The notes under the pieces were generated by a model. It did no database searches. It had not been told where the DNA came from and was given only the letters and a program-made list of their open reading frames with translations. A DNA stretch of 63,763 nucleotides, counting the filler, from Licmophora abbreviata (Eukaryota): NCBI GenBank assembly GCA_900291995.1. It is 12 parts of 12 records of this genome, joined end to end, with 100 filler letters (N's around TTAATTAATTAA, not from the genome) between each part and the next. Parts side by side here need not be neighbours in the genome. Positions count along the whole stretch, not along the records: positions 21,870 to 24,118 come from OLMU01003087.1; positions 24,219 to 30,314 come from OLMU01003091.1; positions 30,415 to 32,530 come from OLMU01003092.1; positions 32,631 to 49,183 come from OLMU01003094.1; 8 more parts are not named here. The stretch is one strand, 5' to 3'. The first letter of the stretch is position 1. Each line of letters begins with the position of its first letter. Position numbers and translations under genes: made by a program. Shown in pieces: positions 23,085-34,180 of this stretch.

Positions 23085-24097
23085 ATGTCCCCTCATGATA
23101 ATGACACCGCGCCGATGGAAAAGGAAGACCGAAAAAGCCAGAACGAGCCCGGATTGGCTTCGGACGAAGTCGAGGAAGGACTGATGACGATTGTGAGCGT
23201 GTCTCAGGTTGCAGCGAGCAGTAGCATTGCTAGTACGGCTTCTGTAGACGACTTGTCTTCGTCTTTGGATCACGAAAGGAGTTCTTCTTCTAGTTTATGT
23301 CAGCGCGCAGCTTCCGGGAAGGTCTGTATCTGTCTAACGTGCGAGGCGACACGGACCCGTCTTCTCAATCGTCGCACGTCGGTGGGCACGACTGGCACAA
23401 ATAAGCGATCGAGAGACGAAGACACCGGCAGGCCGGAGGAATCGACGGAGAGAGTGAAGAAGGGAGCTCCGCTACCAATGCAACGCCAGTGTCGTCTTCT
23501 GATGGGACGCCCTCGACGCCCAACAAGCTTTCGCGGATGACCGATGCATGTAAGACTATCCTCGAATGCATCGGCGAAGATCCCTCGCGAGAAGGTTTAG
23601 TCAAGACACCCACTCGCTGGGCGAACGCACTGCTCTTCATGACCAAGGGCTACCAGCAAACGTGTCAGGAAGTGACTAACAACGCTATCTTTGAGGAAAA
23701 CCACGACGAAATGGTGGTTGTACGAGACATCGACATCCATTCGCTCTGCGAACATCACATGGTGCCTTTTGTCGGTCGCGTTCACATTGGATACATCCCG
23801 AACGGTAAGATAGTGGGACTTTCCAAACTGGCTCGTATTGCCGACATGTACGCTCGGCGGCTGCAAGTACAGGAGCGCTTGACAAGACAGATTGCCGATG
23901 CCATTGTGGAAGCTGTGGCTCCGCTCGGAGTGGCGGTCGTCGTGGAATGTTCCCACTTTTGCATGGTCATGCGAGGAGTTCAAAAGGTCGGCGCCACCAC
24001 GGTGACGAGCAGTGTGCGTGGATGCTTTGAGAGCAATCCAAAGACGAGAGCTGAGTTCTTTAGCATCATCCATGGGAATGGCATCAAGATGTGTTAG
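23085..24097 (+). CDS. GCH1: GTP cyclohydrolase I (core 23537-24097; upstream extension is out of frame)
   Basis: Motifs [48 protein letters not shown] and HFCMVMRGV. The 5' end is uncertain: ATG 23085 is in a different frame, and the in-frame ATG is at 23537. Confidence 0.92.
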
Positions 24098-24118
24098 AGA
24101 GCGACAACATGACAAGCT

Positions 24119-24218
24119 NNNNNNNNNNNNNNNNNNNNNNNNNNNNNNNNNNNNNNNNNNNNTTAATTAATTAANNNNNNNNNNNNNNNNNNNNNNNNNN
24201 NNNNNNNNNNNNNNNNNN
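24119..24218. other. Assembly spacer N44-TTAATTAATTAA-N44
   Basis: Identical 100-nt linker. Confidence 0.98.
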
Positions 24219-24283
24219 CAAACCAAAGCGCTCATCATTGATTGCAATCATCAGTCGGAAGACAACAAGCGCCAGTGACCACC

Positions 24284-24805
24284 ATGATGATGTGCACCGC
24301 GAACGTAGAGCTGCGAGTCTTCCTATTGGCGGTCATGCTGACCCTGTCGCAAGGATTCTCGGTTTCGGCACCACCTAGTAGTGGCCGCTTGTCGTCGTCT
24401 CATCATTCTTCCCATTCTACTTTCTGCCATGGGCCACAGCACTCTGGCCGCGCACGGACACTCCTGTTCCAGCTGAAGGATGGGGATGATGACAGTGACT
24501 TGAGTGACCAAGACAGCGACACGGATGTTGAACTTGCATCATCCAACAAGGATGACCCCAGAAAACAGATATTCCGGGTCGTCTTTGACGTCTTTGAGAG
24601 CATCTCGTCTGCTTTCTTCTTCACGGTGTCAACCGTGACATCCGTGGGGCTCTTGCTGAATATCTTCGGATATGGTCTTACGACATCTCCAGAAGAAGGA
24701 CTACGTATTGATACCTTGGAAACACTCAGAAGCGAACGACAGTTCCAGGCCGAATTCAATCGAATCAGTAGCAGTGTGCAACCTCCCTCGGCTTTGCCAA
24801 AGTAG
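24284..24805 (+). CDS. Small putative plastid-targeted membrane protein of unknown function
   Basis: Signal peptide ending SQG^FSVSAP (Phe at +1), a Ser/Arg-rich transit-like stretch, and one hydrophobic segment ending GLLLNIFGYG. Confidence 0.6.
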   Translation: MMMCTANVELRVFLLAVMLTLSQGFSVSAPPSSGRLSSSHHSSHSTFCHGPQHSGRARTLLFQLKDGDDDSDLSDQDSDTDVELASSNKDDPRKQIFRVVFDVFESISSAFFFTVSTVTSVGLLLNIFGYGLTTSPEEGLRIDTLETLRSERQFQAEFNRISSSVQPPSALPK

Positions 24806-25458
24806 AAGCGTCATTGGAGTGATACTGGTATGATATGATACATATATATATGCCATTTTCATCTTGATGCAAGGTTTTCGAGTTCGATGCAATTGCTGTA
24901 CAGTTCATGTTTACGTATCTTAGAGAACGTCGACGACCTTATACATGGGTCACCTTGTACTAGCTAGCTACTGTAGCTATCTCGGCTTCCCAACTTATAA
25001 TCACCTCGTCTTGCAGACGTCGCCGACTTACTGGTATCTTTTGGACCGAGCGACCACATCCCTTCCAAAACGCAGGCGCTCGTCAAGGCCTTGCTTGCCG
25101 GTTGACAGCATCAACAATCCCGCCATTGAGAGCTTGCTTCGACCGAGCGAAGATGAACGAGTACGTCGAAAAAAGACCTTCGGACCTTTTGTCTGCTCAA
25201 GAGAATGCAAATGTCACGGAAAAGATGCTTCGTGAGCTCGTGAGCGACTCGAATGGCACTACCGCACCGTTGTTCGTCTGTACGCCTATACGGCGAGTTA
25301 GCTGGGTTTAGGATTTTGTCATCACAGGGAAACACATAATGGCTTTGTCAATGATCTTCACCGACTGCCGTCTCCTCTCCTCCTCCTCTGCACTTTGCAG
25401 AACGAAGATTCCGACAGCCGCTGCTTGAGAAGAGTCAATTTGACGCCGCTGGTGAAAA

Positions 25459-26421
25459 ATGAAACTGCTTTCATGCCTACTTTCGCTCTTGATTCTCGCT
25501 AGTCTTGTCGCTGCGAACCAAAGCCTCATTCCAGCAAGTCGACGCTCGTTTCTTGTTACTGGTGGGAACAAAGGTCAGGGATTCGCACTGTGCGAGCGCA
25601 TTCTGAAGGAACATGATGACACACACGTCTTTCTTTGTTCTCGAAACCTCGAGCGGGGGCAACAAGCCGCCCAGAAGCTACCATCGGAACGTGTCACTGT
25701 GGTGCAGCTGGATGTGACGGACGACGCTTCTGTAGAACAAGCAGTCGCACAAGTAAGCGAGGTCCTTGGGGATACACACAGACTACATGGACTTGTTAGC
25801 AACGCCGGGATTCTATGGGGATACTCGCTTGCCGAACTGCTAGATGTCTGCACGGTCGGGGTCCGTCGAACCATTGAAGCTTTTTTGCCGCTCATGCAAA
25901 CAGAGGGTGGGCGTATCCTTGTGGTATCTTCAGGTCTCTCGCCTCTTATGCATACATATTCCGAACACGCTGACACACTCGTGAATTCCGACTGGGCAGC
26001 AATATCGAAACTCATGGACCAGTGTCGTGAAATCGAACACGCCGGTGGTGGTCCCGCGGAATTCGAAGCCATTGGCTTCGCGGGGGGTCCCTTTGCAGAA
26101 AGCGCGCCCGATTTTCACATGTATGGGCTTGCGAAAATGTTTGCCGATGCCTACATGCTATCGGTGGCACGCGCCTATCCCAAGCTATGGATCAACTCGT
26201 GTGACCCTGGTTTGGTGTACACTGATTTGATTGATAAGATGCCCAAGTATCACGGCAAACCCATTGAAGAAACGAATGCCAAGACTCCTGCTGAGGGTGT
26301 GGAAGTTCACATGCGACTCTTGTTTGGAGAGGAAGGTGTTGCAGGCAGTGGCTTGTTTTATGCCATGAACAAAGTGGGTGAACTCACCAGCAGTGGCATT
26401 GATCGGCGACCGGATGTCTAA
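25459..26421 (+). CDS. Short-chain dehydrogenase/reductase, carbonyl-reductase-like, with a signal peptide
   Basis: VTGGNKGQG, LDVTD, VSNAGI, VVSS, the catalytic YGLAK and INSCDPGLVYTD. Confidence 0.9.
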   Translation: MKLLSCLLSLLILASLVAANQSLIPASRRSFLVTGGNKGQGFALCERILKEHDDTHVFLCSRNLERGQQAAQKLPSERVTVVQLDVTDDASVEQAVAQVSEVLGDTHRLHGLVSNAGILWGYSLAELLDVCTVGVRRTIEAFLPLMQTEGGRILVVSSGLSPLMHTYSEHADTLVNSDWAAISKLMDQCREIEHAGGGPAEFEAIGFAGGPFAESAPDFHMYGLAKMFADAYMLSVARAYPKLWINSCDPGLVYTDLIDKMPKYHGKPIEETNAKTPAEGVEVHMRLLFGEEGVAGSGLFYAMNKVGELTSSGIDRRPDV

Positions 26422-26904
26422 AGGGCAACGGATAGATCCGACCGGCACAATCATTTCGGCGTTCACGAAGAGTCCATCTCGGCACGTTCTCGACCGAATC
26501 ACAGGAATGGCCCACTAGAGTGTAGGTGAGATCAGACTTGGCACGCCTTTGCCAAGTCAAAAAACTAGCCTAAAGAGACTACACTCGCCCTAGCCTCCGT
26601 TTTGTTGTATCAGTCAGTCTGTACGGCGTTGTCGCGCGCTTTTTCATTCTCGCGGCGATCCAGCGGCGCACGTCAAGGACGAGAGCAGCTTGGACTAGAA
26701 ACCATGGCGGCTTCAAACTCGGTTGCCTTGGACCGCTGTCGTCCCTCTATACTCTCTCCTGGCTCGCTTTCCGGTCGTGAAATATGTTGCTCTAGGCGAG
26801 ACTCACGAAGAGGAACATCAGGACCGTCACGAAAGAGCACGCCACCCCTATGAATATGCTCAGCAAACAGATCCATTGAAGCGCTTGTAGAGAGTACGAC
26901 GACC

Positions 26905-27783
26905 ATGGGAGACAGCAACGACAACGAAAACGAACAATGGAGCTGCTGCAACGATACTCAGACGCTCTTCTTGCTATTTTACTTGGCCTACGGCGCATTG
27001 GCACTGCTCACGTGGAACATGCTGGTCGCCAAGCCTCTGCGACTCATGGCGGTGTTCCTACATGAGATTTCACACGCCGTCGCTTGTTGGGTATCCGGTG
27101 GAGAAGTGTTGGGAATTGAGGTTCACGAAAATGAAGGAGGGGTCACCAGATTCATTGGAGGATGTCGGGCGCTTATAATACCGGCAGGCTACGTTGGCTG
27201 TGGCATTTGGGCCATGGTGCTAGTCATACTAGCGGGTGGTCGAATGAGTGCGACGTTTGCCGCGGGCATGTTTATATCTGCGCTTCTAGTCACACTGTGC
27301 CATGCTCCCAATCGATTGCTTGTTTGGATCTGTCTTGTGTATGCTGCCATCACTATGGCATTCGTACTGATTGAATACACACTGTACAGTCCGATACTAC
27401 AGTTTGTGATACTCTTCTACGGCGTCTTTGTTGGCGTCTACGCCATCGCCGATATATGGGATGATGTGGTGTTGCGAGAGGTCAAGGGAAGTGATAGCCA
27501 TGCATGTCATGAGCAAGTCTGGCCCTGCTGCGCTCCGCGGTGCGTCGGACTGCAGTGGGCCTTGATGGCCGTCGTGTTTCAATTACTCGGGATATGGGTC
27601 GCCATTGTGGAGATGAGCGACGAATGTGAAGATATGGGATGGCTAGAATGTTTCAATCTGTCTCTAGATCTTGGAGACTTTGATCTATTCGAGCAGAATT
27701 TTGACTTTGATGGGTGGTTTCAGAATCATGGCGGCGGAGGAGGAGAGGGCTCGTCGTGGTGGAACTTCGACAACGGACCGTAG
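26905..27783 (+). CDS. Peptidase M50B-like intramembrane metalloprotease
   Basis: VFLHEISHA (HExxH), EGG.T, IIPAGYVG and KGSD, with several TM segments. Confidence 0.85.
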   Translation: MGDSNDNENEQWSCCNDTQTLFLLFYLAYGALALLTWNMLVAKPLRLMAVFLHEISHAVACWVSGGEVLGIEVHENEGGVTRFIGGCRALIIPAGYVGCGIWAMVLVILAGGRMSATFAAGMFISALLVTLCHAPNRLLVWICLVYAAITMAFVLIEYTLYSPILQFVILFYGVFVGVYAIADIWDDVVLREVKGSDSHACHEQVWPCCAPRCVGLQWALMAVVFQLLGIWVAIVEMSDECEDMGWLECFNLSLDLGDFDLFEQNFDFDGWFQNHGGGGGEGSSWWNFDNGP

Positions 27784-28371
27784 CATTGGCATGGTCCTTT
27801 TCTACAGTACAGTGTCGAAGCTACGATCCTCTGACTGCCTGTGGTACGGTTCTCCTACTCATTGAAGAGGTTGTGATCGAAAATGCCACGTAAAATTCGA
27901 CGGCGATGCCGCACGCCGCAAGAAGCAGTATGTAAGGGGTCTATGCATCCTTTTTCACTGGTCGCCTAGCATACATAGTCACACCAGCACAATTAACCGC
28001 CTTTAAGCAATTGCCACTTGTAGATTAGGTACTACTATCGCGCCTCATGGCTGGGATCACAGCTTCCAAGAAGTAACGTTACGGGTTGAGGTTTTCTTTT
28101 TGTCGAAGTTGATATAGGTACGAGCTCCGCAAGTTATGACTCGCAGCGAGGCGTGCGATCTTCCGCAGATCGATGAGAAGCCGAGTGTCATGAATCATCG
28201 ACAATTTGAACTTACGGCTGACCTCACATTTGTCAGGTCGAGGAACCCTACCTTTGAACTGCTGACATCGTCGTTAGGCTGTAGACTAGCTGATGCTGAC
28301 AGAGCTAGAGACGGCCTACAGTAGTATCTTCTTTTCAGTTGCTGTCTACATATTTATGATAGCAAGGAGCT

Positions 28372-30314
28372 ATGTTCTCGAGACGAGGCAAAAAGCAGGA
28401 CGAGACGTCGCCGCTCTTGTCGCCTGACACTGCGACAGTCAAACCGCGATCCTTTCGTCGCAAGGGGGCTCGTCTCAGCGACCAGAACCGCATGAGTGTC
28501 CGTGGGAGTATCGCAGCCCCTCATTTTGAGTCGTCTGACAAACGTGTGGACCAGGGCAGCCACAAGCACGTGCTACATCCAGTCGATGCCTTGGCGCCGT
28601 TGGCGGCGGGAGGGATCATTTCCACGGCGGAAGGATACAAAACAGAGCCGAGACCTCCCTCTGCTGTCAAGTCGCTTCCTGCCTTTGCCCCCTTTCGTCG
28701 AAAGGCTCGCCATAGATCGTTCGTCCTCTGGTGGATCAACGAATTCCGTCACTGGTGGAAATCGAGTCGTCTCTTGGTTCGCCTGGCTGGTTTGTTCACG
28801 CTTGCCTTGTCGTTTGACTACATGGCCAAGATGATCCGTGTCCTGCCCTACAAGAAGAAGAGTAAGGCCATTGAGAAGAACACCCATCGTGCATTGAAAG
28901 TTGTCAAGCACTTGGGGCGTGGCGGTCCCATGACATTCTTTCTCAGCGTTGTCCATCCCTTTACGCGATCACTACGTATCTTGGTGGGAGCCTGGCGTTG
29001 GGTGGAGAGCGCACAGTGTCGACGAGGAGAAGTCGGAGTCGAAGAAACCATGGTGGGTTGAACGAAAACTATTTATAAAGCTTCTAGGCTTTGCTCGTAC
29101 GTACTCTGGCTCAATCCTTTGCACTGTTTGTTTTCTACATACAGGCATTCATCGGAAACAGAGTGTCCCGCATGTTGGCTCGCACCGTTGTCGACCTATT
29201 GGTGTTGTGGATCGTCATGCCCGGAGCCGAGGTACTTTTTCACCGCCTTCTTCCTCTTAGCGCGTGGCATCCCATTACTCTCTTCGTCATTCTCGGAATA
29301 CTCCGAGCCTGTGGTCCATATGCAGCTTCGTTCCAAGGCTCTCGCGCGGGGCGTTTTCTGACTCGCCAATTCTTCACGTCGTCCAAACATCGTTGGCAGC
29401 CCATCCAACGTGTACAGAATCTCAATCTCATGAGTGACGATTGTTGTGAACAGGACGAAATCTCTGAGACGGCCGACTTGGCGAAACTCGCCAAGCTTGT
29501 TGCCAAGGCGCTTGGCAAGAGCCAATCGATTGGTGTCGATGGCCTGGCGGGACAGTCGGATGCGCTTGCGAAAGAAGGATTCAAGCAGACTGGTGCCGGA
29601 TCTGGTGGGTATGCTGTGTATGAATGTCACCGACGGGTGTGGACGGACGCAACCGGCGACGAAGGCGAGGTCATGACTATACTGCTTCACGTGACCCCAT
29701 ACGGACCATCTATTCTTGACGTCATGCCCCGTTACGCCGTACTGGAGTTTGAAAACTCGGTCGATCGTCGCTCGCGCTGGTCAGAGTTCATATCCAAGCA
29801 GCTCTTCGAGGGACCGCCGCTTCTGGAGGGGTACGTCGCGTTCTGATTGAATACAGTCCTAGCTTGTCGTGTCGAGCCCACAGACTCACGCTTTGTTTTG
29901 CTTTTGCTGCTTCACCGCTCCACTTCGCGTACGCTCGCTCCCCACCACAGATACTGCTATCAGGGTGCTTTCTTCAGTCCCCATCACTTTGCTGAAATGA
30001 AGGAGTCGTACAACAAACAACTCTTGGCATACGAGAGTGCCTGCAAAGTTCTATGCAAGCCCCGCACTGGCCGCAAACCCAACCCACCGACCGACTTGTT
30101 GTCGCTCAAAGCGTTCTTGGCTGACGGCAAGCGTCCTCGCGTGCGCAACCGGAACCACCGAGAAGGACAACAGCTCCACAACGTCGTGGAGCAGGTCGCC
30201 AAGAAACTCGAGGGTATGATGGCGCTCAAGAGCAGCAACCCGGACGCATGCAGTGCTCCTCGTGGTGTCATTTTGTACTTTGAGGGTCTCGATTGTTCCG
30301 GTAAGTCGTCGACT
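28372..30314 (+). CDS. Membrane-anchored polyphosphate kinase 2 (PPK2)-like protein, 3'-truncated by the gap
   Basis: Exons 28372-29052, 29145-29830 and 29951-30314 (introns of 92 and 120 nt) splice to 577 open codons. These end in GVILYFEGLDCSGKSST, matching the PPK2 Walker A pattern (FEGxDxxGK). The N-terminal third has hydrophobic segments. Confidence 0.7.
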
Positions 30315-30414
30315 NNNNNNNNNNNNNNNNNNNNNNNNNNNNNNNNNNNNNNNNNNNNTTAATTAATTAANNNNNNNNNNNNNNNNNNNNNNNNNNNNNN
30401 NNNNNNNNNNNNNN
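30315..30414. other. Assembly spacer N44-TTAATTAATTAA-N44
   Basis: Identical 100-nt linker. Confidence 0.98.
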
Positions 30415-30625
30415 CACTCACCACGACCCTACTACACCGTCGACGAGACCTACATGCGTGCAACAAAAATACTGCGGTACCCCTGAGCAGAGTAGACTCA
30501 TAGTTAGACTCGTTCTTGACACGTGTGCTACGAAGTACTAGGACGACGCAGGTATTTTGTTGAAATCATATGAACTCCCCTCACGCTACAATGTCGCTCC
30601 AAGCCGCGGCGACGACTCTCCTACA

Positions 30626-31463
30626 CTACTCGCTTGCAGCTCGGTTTCCACTTCCATTGTCTTTCTCTCCCTCGTCTCCGTAGGTTCCATTCTCGATCAA
30701 GGACCAAAGGTGGTTGGTGATCTGAAAGTCAGTGTAGTCTTTGGGGTCGATGCGAAAGTTGCGAATGCCGCCAGTCTTTTGGACCATCTGTGGGGGGAGA
30801 GACAGCGATATGATGAGATCTGAGCGTACAAATTCAGAGTGACTAAGCAGAGCAGCACTGCCTTCTTCTCTTTTGTTCATAGCGACTCACCAAGTGCCCC
30901 ACGAGCTCGTCGCGTTCATCGTAGTCCCACTTGATCCCAGTGGTACTCGCATACAAGGAAAGCTGCTGCTTCAAGCGCGGTACAGCCCGCATCCGCTCAG
31001 CCTCCACCGAATCAATGATTTCAATCGTCTGATTACACTCTTTCTGGTGAGAACGGATGCGCGCGTTGGTGTCCATCATGGTGCTCTCGAGATCGTCCAG
31101 GGCCTCCAGGAGGGCATCACGGTCGACCTGCAATTTCTGAAGCGTCAGCTGCATCTTGTAGAGATCGTCGCTTTCTTCCTTGCAGGCCTCCCGCGCAAGT
31201 TCAATACGAGCCAGCAATTCATTCTTGACGTGCTGTGCGTCGGAAACGAGAGTCGTCTGAGAGTCCTGCAGTTCTTCGTGGAGATTGTCGCAGCGGCGAA
31301 GCGACTCCAGCAAGGAAGTGACGTTTTTGGCGCGCATGGCCTTCATTTTCGCTCGGGTCTCTTCCCAGGACGTCGACATGGCGTCATCGTACGATGAGGC
31401 TCCCACAGATACGTAGGAAGAGACGGAGGTGTTGAGAAAATCGGTGCCTTTGCGTTTCACCAT
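30626..31463 (-). CDS. SPC24: Kinetochore Ndc80-complex subunit Spc24-like protein, 2 exons
   Basis: A long coiled coil, then LSLYASTTGIKWDY...GHL|MVQKTGGIRNFRIDP...FQITNHLWSLI, an RWD-type Spc24 tail. Phase-0 intron at 30788-30890 (GTGAGT...CCACAG on the minus strand). Confidence 0.75.
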
Positions 31464-31799
31464 GGTGCAAGAAGAAATCGGTCGTTGTCGTTTTGCGATG
31501 CGACAAAGAAAGTTCAAAGTGGGCGCGGAGGTAACGATCACTTGGATTCAATGTCGTTTTCTACGGGATTCGACGTATACCTGAGTACTGACGAGCTTGC
31601 TCGTACATGACATTTCGAGTTAACACCCGAAAAATCTGTCAGTCAACCGCACACTGGAATTCCGAAACAGGAAAGACGCCCATTTTTTTCACACTGCCCC
31701 ATGGCGACCAATCATCATCGGCATTTTGGCAGTCTCTTCGTCCTTTTCCTCTCCTCTCAGCTCTCCGTTGTGTCCAGCGCCCCCACACTCTTTGTTGAC

Positions 31800-32447
31800 A
31801 TGGACGCTCTTACAGGCTACGGATCCGACGACGACTCTTCTTCGAATGGCAGTGCTCCGAACGCGGCCGACGCGACAGAGCCATCCGTCGCACTGGGAGG
31901 CTTGGTGGCTTACTCAGATGATGAGGATGACAACGACGAAGGAAAGGAGCAAGGGCCGACCCAAACAGAAAGCTTGCGCTCAAAGCCTCCACCAAGCAAG
32001 CGACAACGGACTGAAAACGACGATGTGACCGCGGCTGACCCGCATCACTTCTCGCAGCAACGGCAGCTCTTACCCGATCCACCTCTTTCGGACACGAGCA
32101 TGATTCATTGGACTGTCGATTACTCTGCTCCATACCGACGCACTTCGAGTACTACTACAGATACGTTGTCCTCCCAGCAACAACAGAAACTCTCCGACAA
32201 ACTAGCAACACTGCGTCAATCGCGATCGTCCTCCTCCTCCTGGGCCGAGCACTTGCGCTCGCAACACGACTTTCACAATCCTCGCTTCTTTCACAACGTG
32301 GTGGACTATTTCGGTATTCAAGAACCACTTGCATGCCACAGCGTCAAGACTGATATAGCATTTCAATCGTACGAGTACAATTTGGTACAAGCCGAAGAAC
32401 AGGCGAGAATACGACAACAAGAAAAACAGCAGCGTAGTGTAGCTTGA
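31800..32447 (+). CDS. HCNGP/SAP30-binding protein-like
   Basis: Starts MDALTGYGSDDD, with LVAYSDDED and LRSQHDFHNPRFFHNVVDYFGIQE, which resembles the HCNGP core (F.NP.....L....I.E). Confidence 0.7.
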   Translation: MDALTGYGSDDDSSSNGSAPNAADATEPSVALGGLVAYSDDEDDNDEGKEQGPTQTESLRSKPPPSKRQRTENDDVTAADPHHFSQQRQLLPDPPLSDTSMIHWTVDYSAPYRRTSSTTTDTLSSQQQQKLSDKLATLRQSRSSSSSWAEHLRSQHDFHNPRFFHNVVDYFGIQEPLACHSVKTDIAFQSYEYNLVQAEEQARIRQQEKQQRSVA

Positions 32448-32530
32448 GTCATGAGACGTGTCGCAACTACCAACCTCCTAGATCAGTTTGCAGTTTTGGT
32501 GTGCTCAGTATAGAAGCTGCGACAGGCAAG

Positions 32531-32630
32531 NNNNNNNNNNNNNNNNNNNNNNNNNNNNNNNNNNNNNNNNNNNNTTAATTAATTAANNNNNNNNNNNNNN
32601 NNNNNNNNNNNNNNNNNNNNNNNNNNNNNN
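32531..32630. other. Assembly spacer N44-TTAATTAATTAA-N44
   Basis: Identical 100-nt linker. Confidence 0.98.
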
Positions 32631-33989
32631 GTGGTGGGCCTTGTGGCCATTTTTGCCACCACGCGCATGCACACGCTCACGGCGATCGACGCGACCCGCG
32701 ATGCTTCATCGTTCATGATTCCGCTCGATAGAAGTGTGTCTCGTACGAATAATGCTGAAAAAGTCTCCCTCGAGAGACTACAGGAGACACGAACGTCATC
32801 AAAAGAGAATACAGCCACGACAAACAGCACACACACCTCGACACCACCGCCCGTCCAGGAACTTTCTACACTAGACGAAGCTATCGAAACCTACCGAGCG
32901 AGAGTTCAGGTCACTTCACCACGATCGTGTACAAATCGCACCGTCGACTTGACAGTGGCAATGTCGTGTCTCAATCTCACGACGCCGTCACTACAACTTG
33001 AGTATCCGGCCGACGCCGAGGAACACTTTCGCGAGCTTCGACACGCCTTGGCTCCTTGGGCCCAGCACGATGCTCACCGAATGCACAAGGCAGCTGGTTA
33101 CGCAGGACCTTGGATGGAGAATTACTGGATAAGTCACTTTGAGGAACGCTTCGATTCGAGAAACGATACTGGCACAAGTGCAAAATGCCTCTCGGACATG
33201 TTTGGACCGTTTATCCCCATATTCATACCCTGGGTAGATCTCTGGGTCGACAACAAGCATCGATATCCAGCAGGTCTCGTGGACACGCTCCGATCGGTAC
33301 TAAGACCCGACGTGCCCTATATTACAATGTCACAGAATGATGATGGACTTCCTGGACGTGATCCAAAGCTCGCCAATACCGAAATACCGAATGTCCTGGT
33401 GCTATCGGCTGGCGGCTATGGTCACGTGCCCATTCCACTTCTGAAGCAGCCCGAACAACTCAGCAAGGCAACGAGTGTTGACGATCGAACTTTGCTGTTA
33501 TCGTACGTGGGTTCTCTCCGAAATGCACCCAACCAAATGCGTCGCAAGGTACATACCGATCTCCAACAACTCTTATCGGAACGTTACAAGCACTACTATG
33601 GACAAGACTGGCGCCGTACCATGGCGGATTCTCGGTTCAGTCTCGCACCGCGTGGTTTCGGTCGGACTTCGTATCACGTCATGGAAATACTTCAAGCAGG
33701 ATTGATCCCAGTTCATGTCTATAGTGACGTGCCCTGGGTCCCATACGCCGACTTGTATGTAAAAGAAATCGGGCTCCTGGCAGGTTCTCAGGAGATGGCT
33801 GCCTTGGTAAAACGGCTCAAGAATATGACCGTCGATGAGATACGTCAACGCGAAGAGAAGATTGTTTCGCTACGCGAAAGCCACTTCACGCCCGACGGCG
33901 TACTGAATCAGATTGCGCAATTCTTAGTCGACACCAATCGTAGCGATCTGCGATGCCAGATGCTTCCCGGATCCACTCGTGACTCCTAG
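32631..33989 (+). CDS. Exostosin-like (GT47) glycosyltransferase, 5'-truncated
   Basis: C-terminal MADSRFSLAPRGFGRTSYHVMEILQAGLIPV...PWVPY. The ORF begins at the gap in what looks like the end of a TM anchor followed by a stem. Confidence 0.75.
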   Translation: MVGLVAIFATTRMHTLTAIDATRDASSFMIPLDRSVSRTNNAEKVSLERLQETRTSSKENTATTNSTHTSTPPPVQELSTLDEAIETYRARVQVTSPRSCTNRTVDLTVAMSCLNLTTPSLQLEYPADAEEHFRELRHALAPWAQHDAHRMHKAAGYAGPWMENYWISHFEERFDSRNDTGTSAKCLSDMFGPFIPIFIPWVDLWVDNKHRYPAGLVDTLRSVLRPDVPYITMSQNDDGLPGRDPKLANTEIPNVLVLSAGGYGHVPIPLLKQPEQLSKATSVDDRTLLLSYVGSLRNAPNQMRRKVHTDLQQLLSERYKHYYGQDWRRTMADSRFSLAPRGFGRTSYHVMEILQAGLIPVHVYSDVPWVPYADLYVKEIGLLAGSQEMAALVKRLKNMTVDEIRQREEKIVSLRESHFTPDGVLNQIAQFLVDTNRSDLRCQMLPGSTRDS

Positions 33990-34180
33990 CCAACTAAGGT
34001 GCAAACAAGCAATGCGTCAAAACGATATGTGCCGTAGTAGGCTTGGGTTGACTGTCAAACATAGAAAGCTCGACACGTATCGGGACATTGCAGTGACAGA
34101 TTGTGATATGCTCTACTCCTACACATACGTTGGAACATAAAACCCCGAACTAATCTTTTACAGCACTGGCCGTCGCGTGG

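Noticed and set aside
24945..25335. Short ORFs between the plastid protein and the SDR
   Set aside because: Under 100 aa, with no motif or convincing splice structure. Cannot support a gene.
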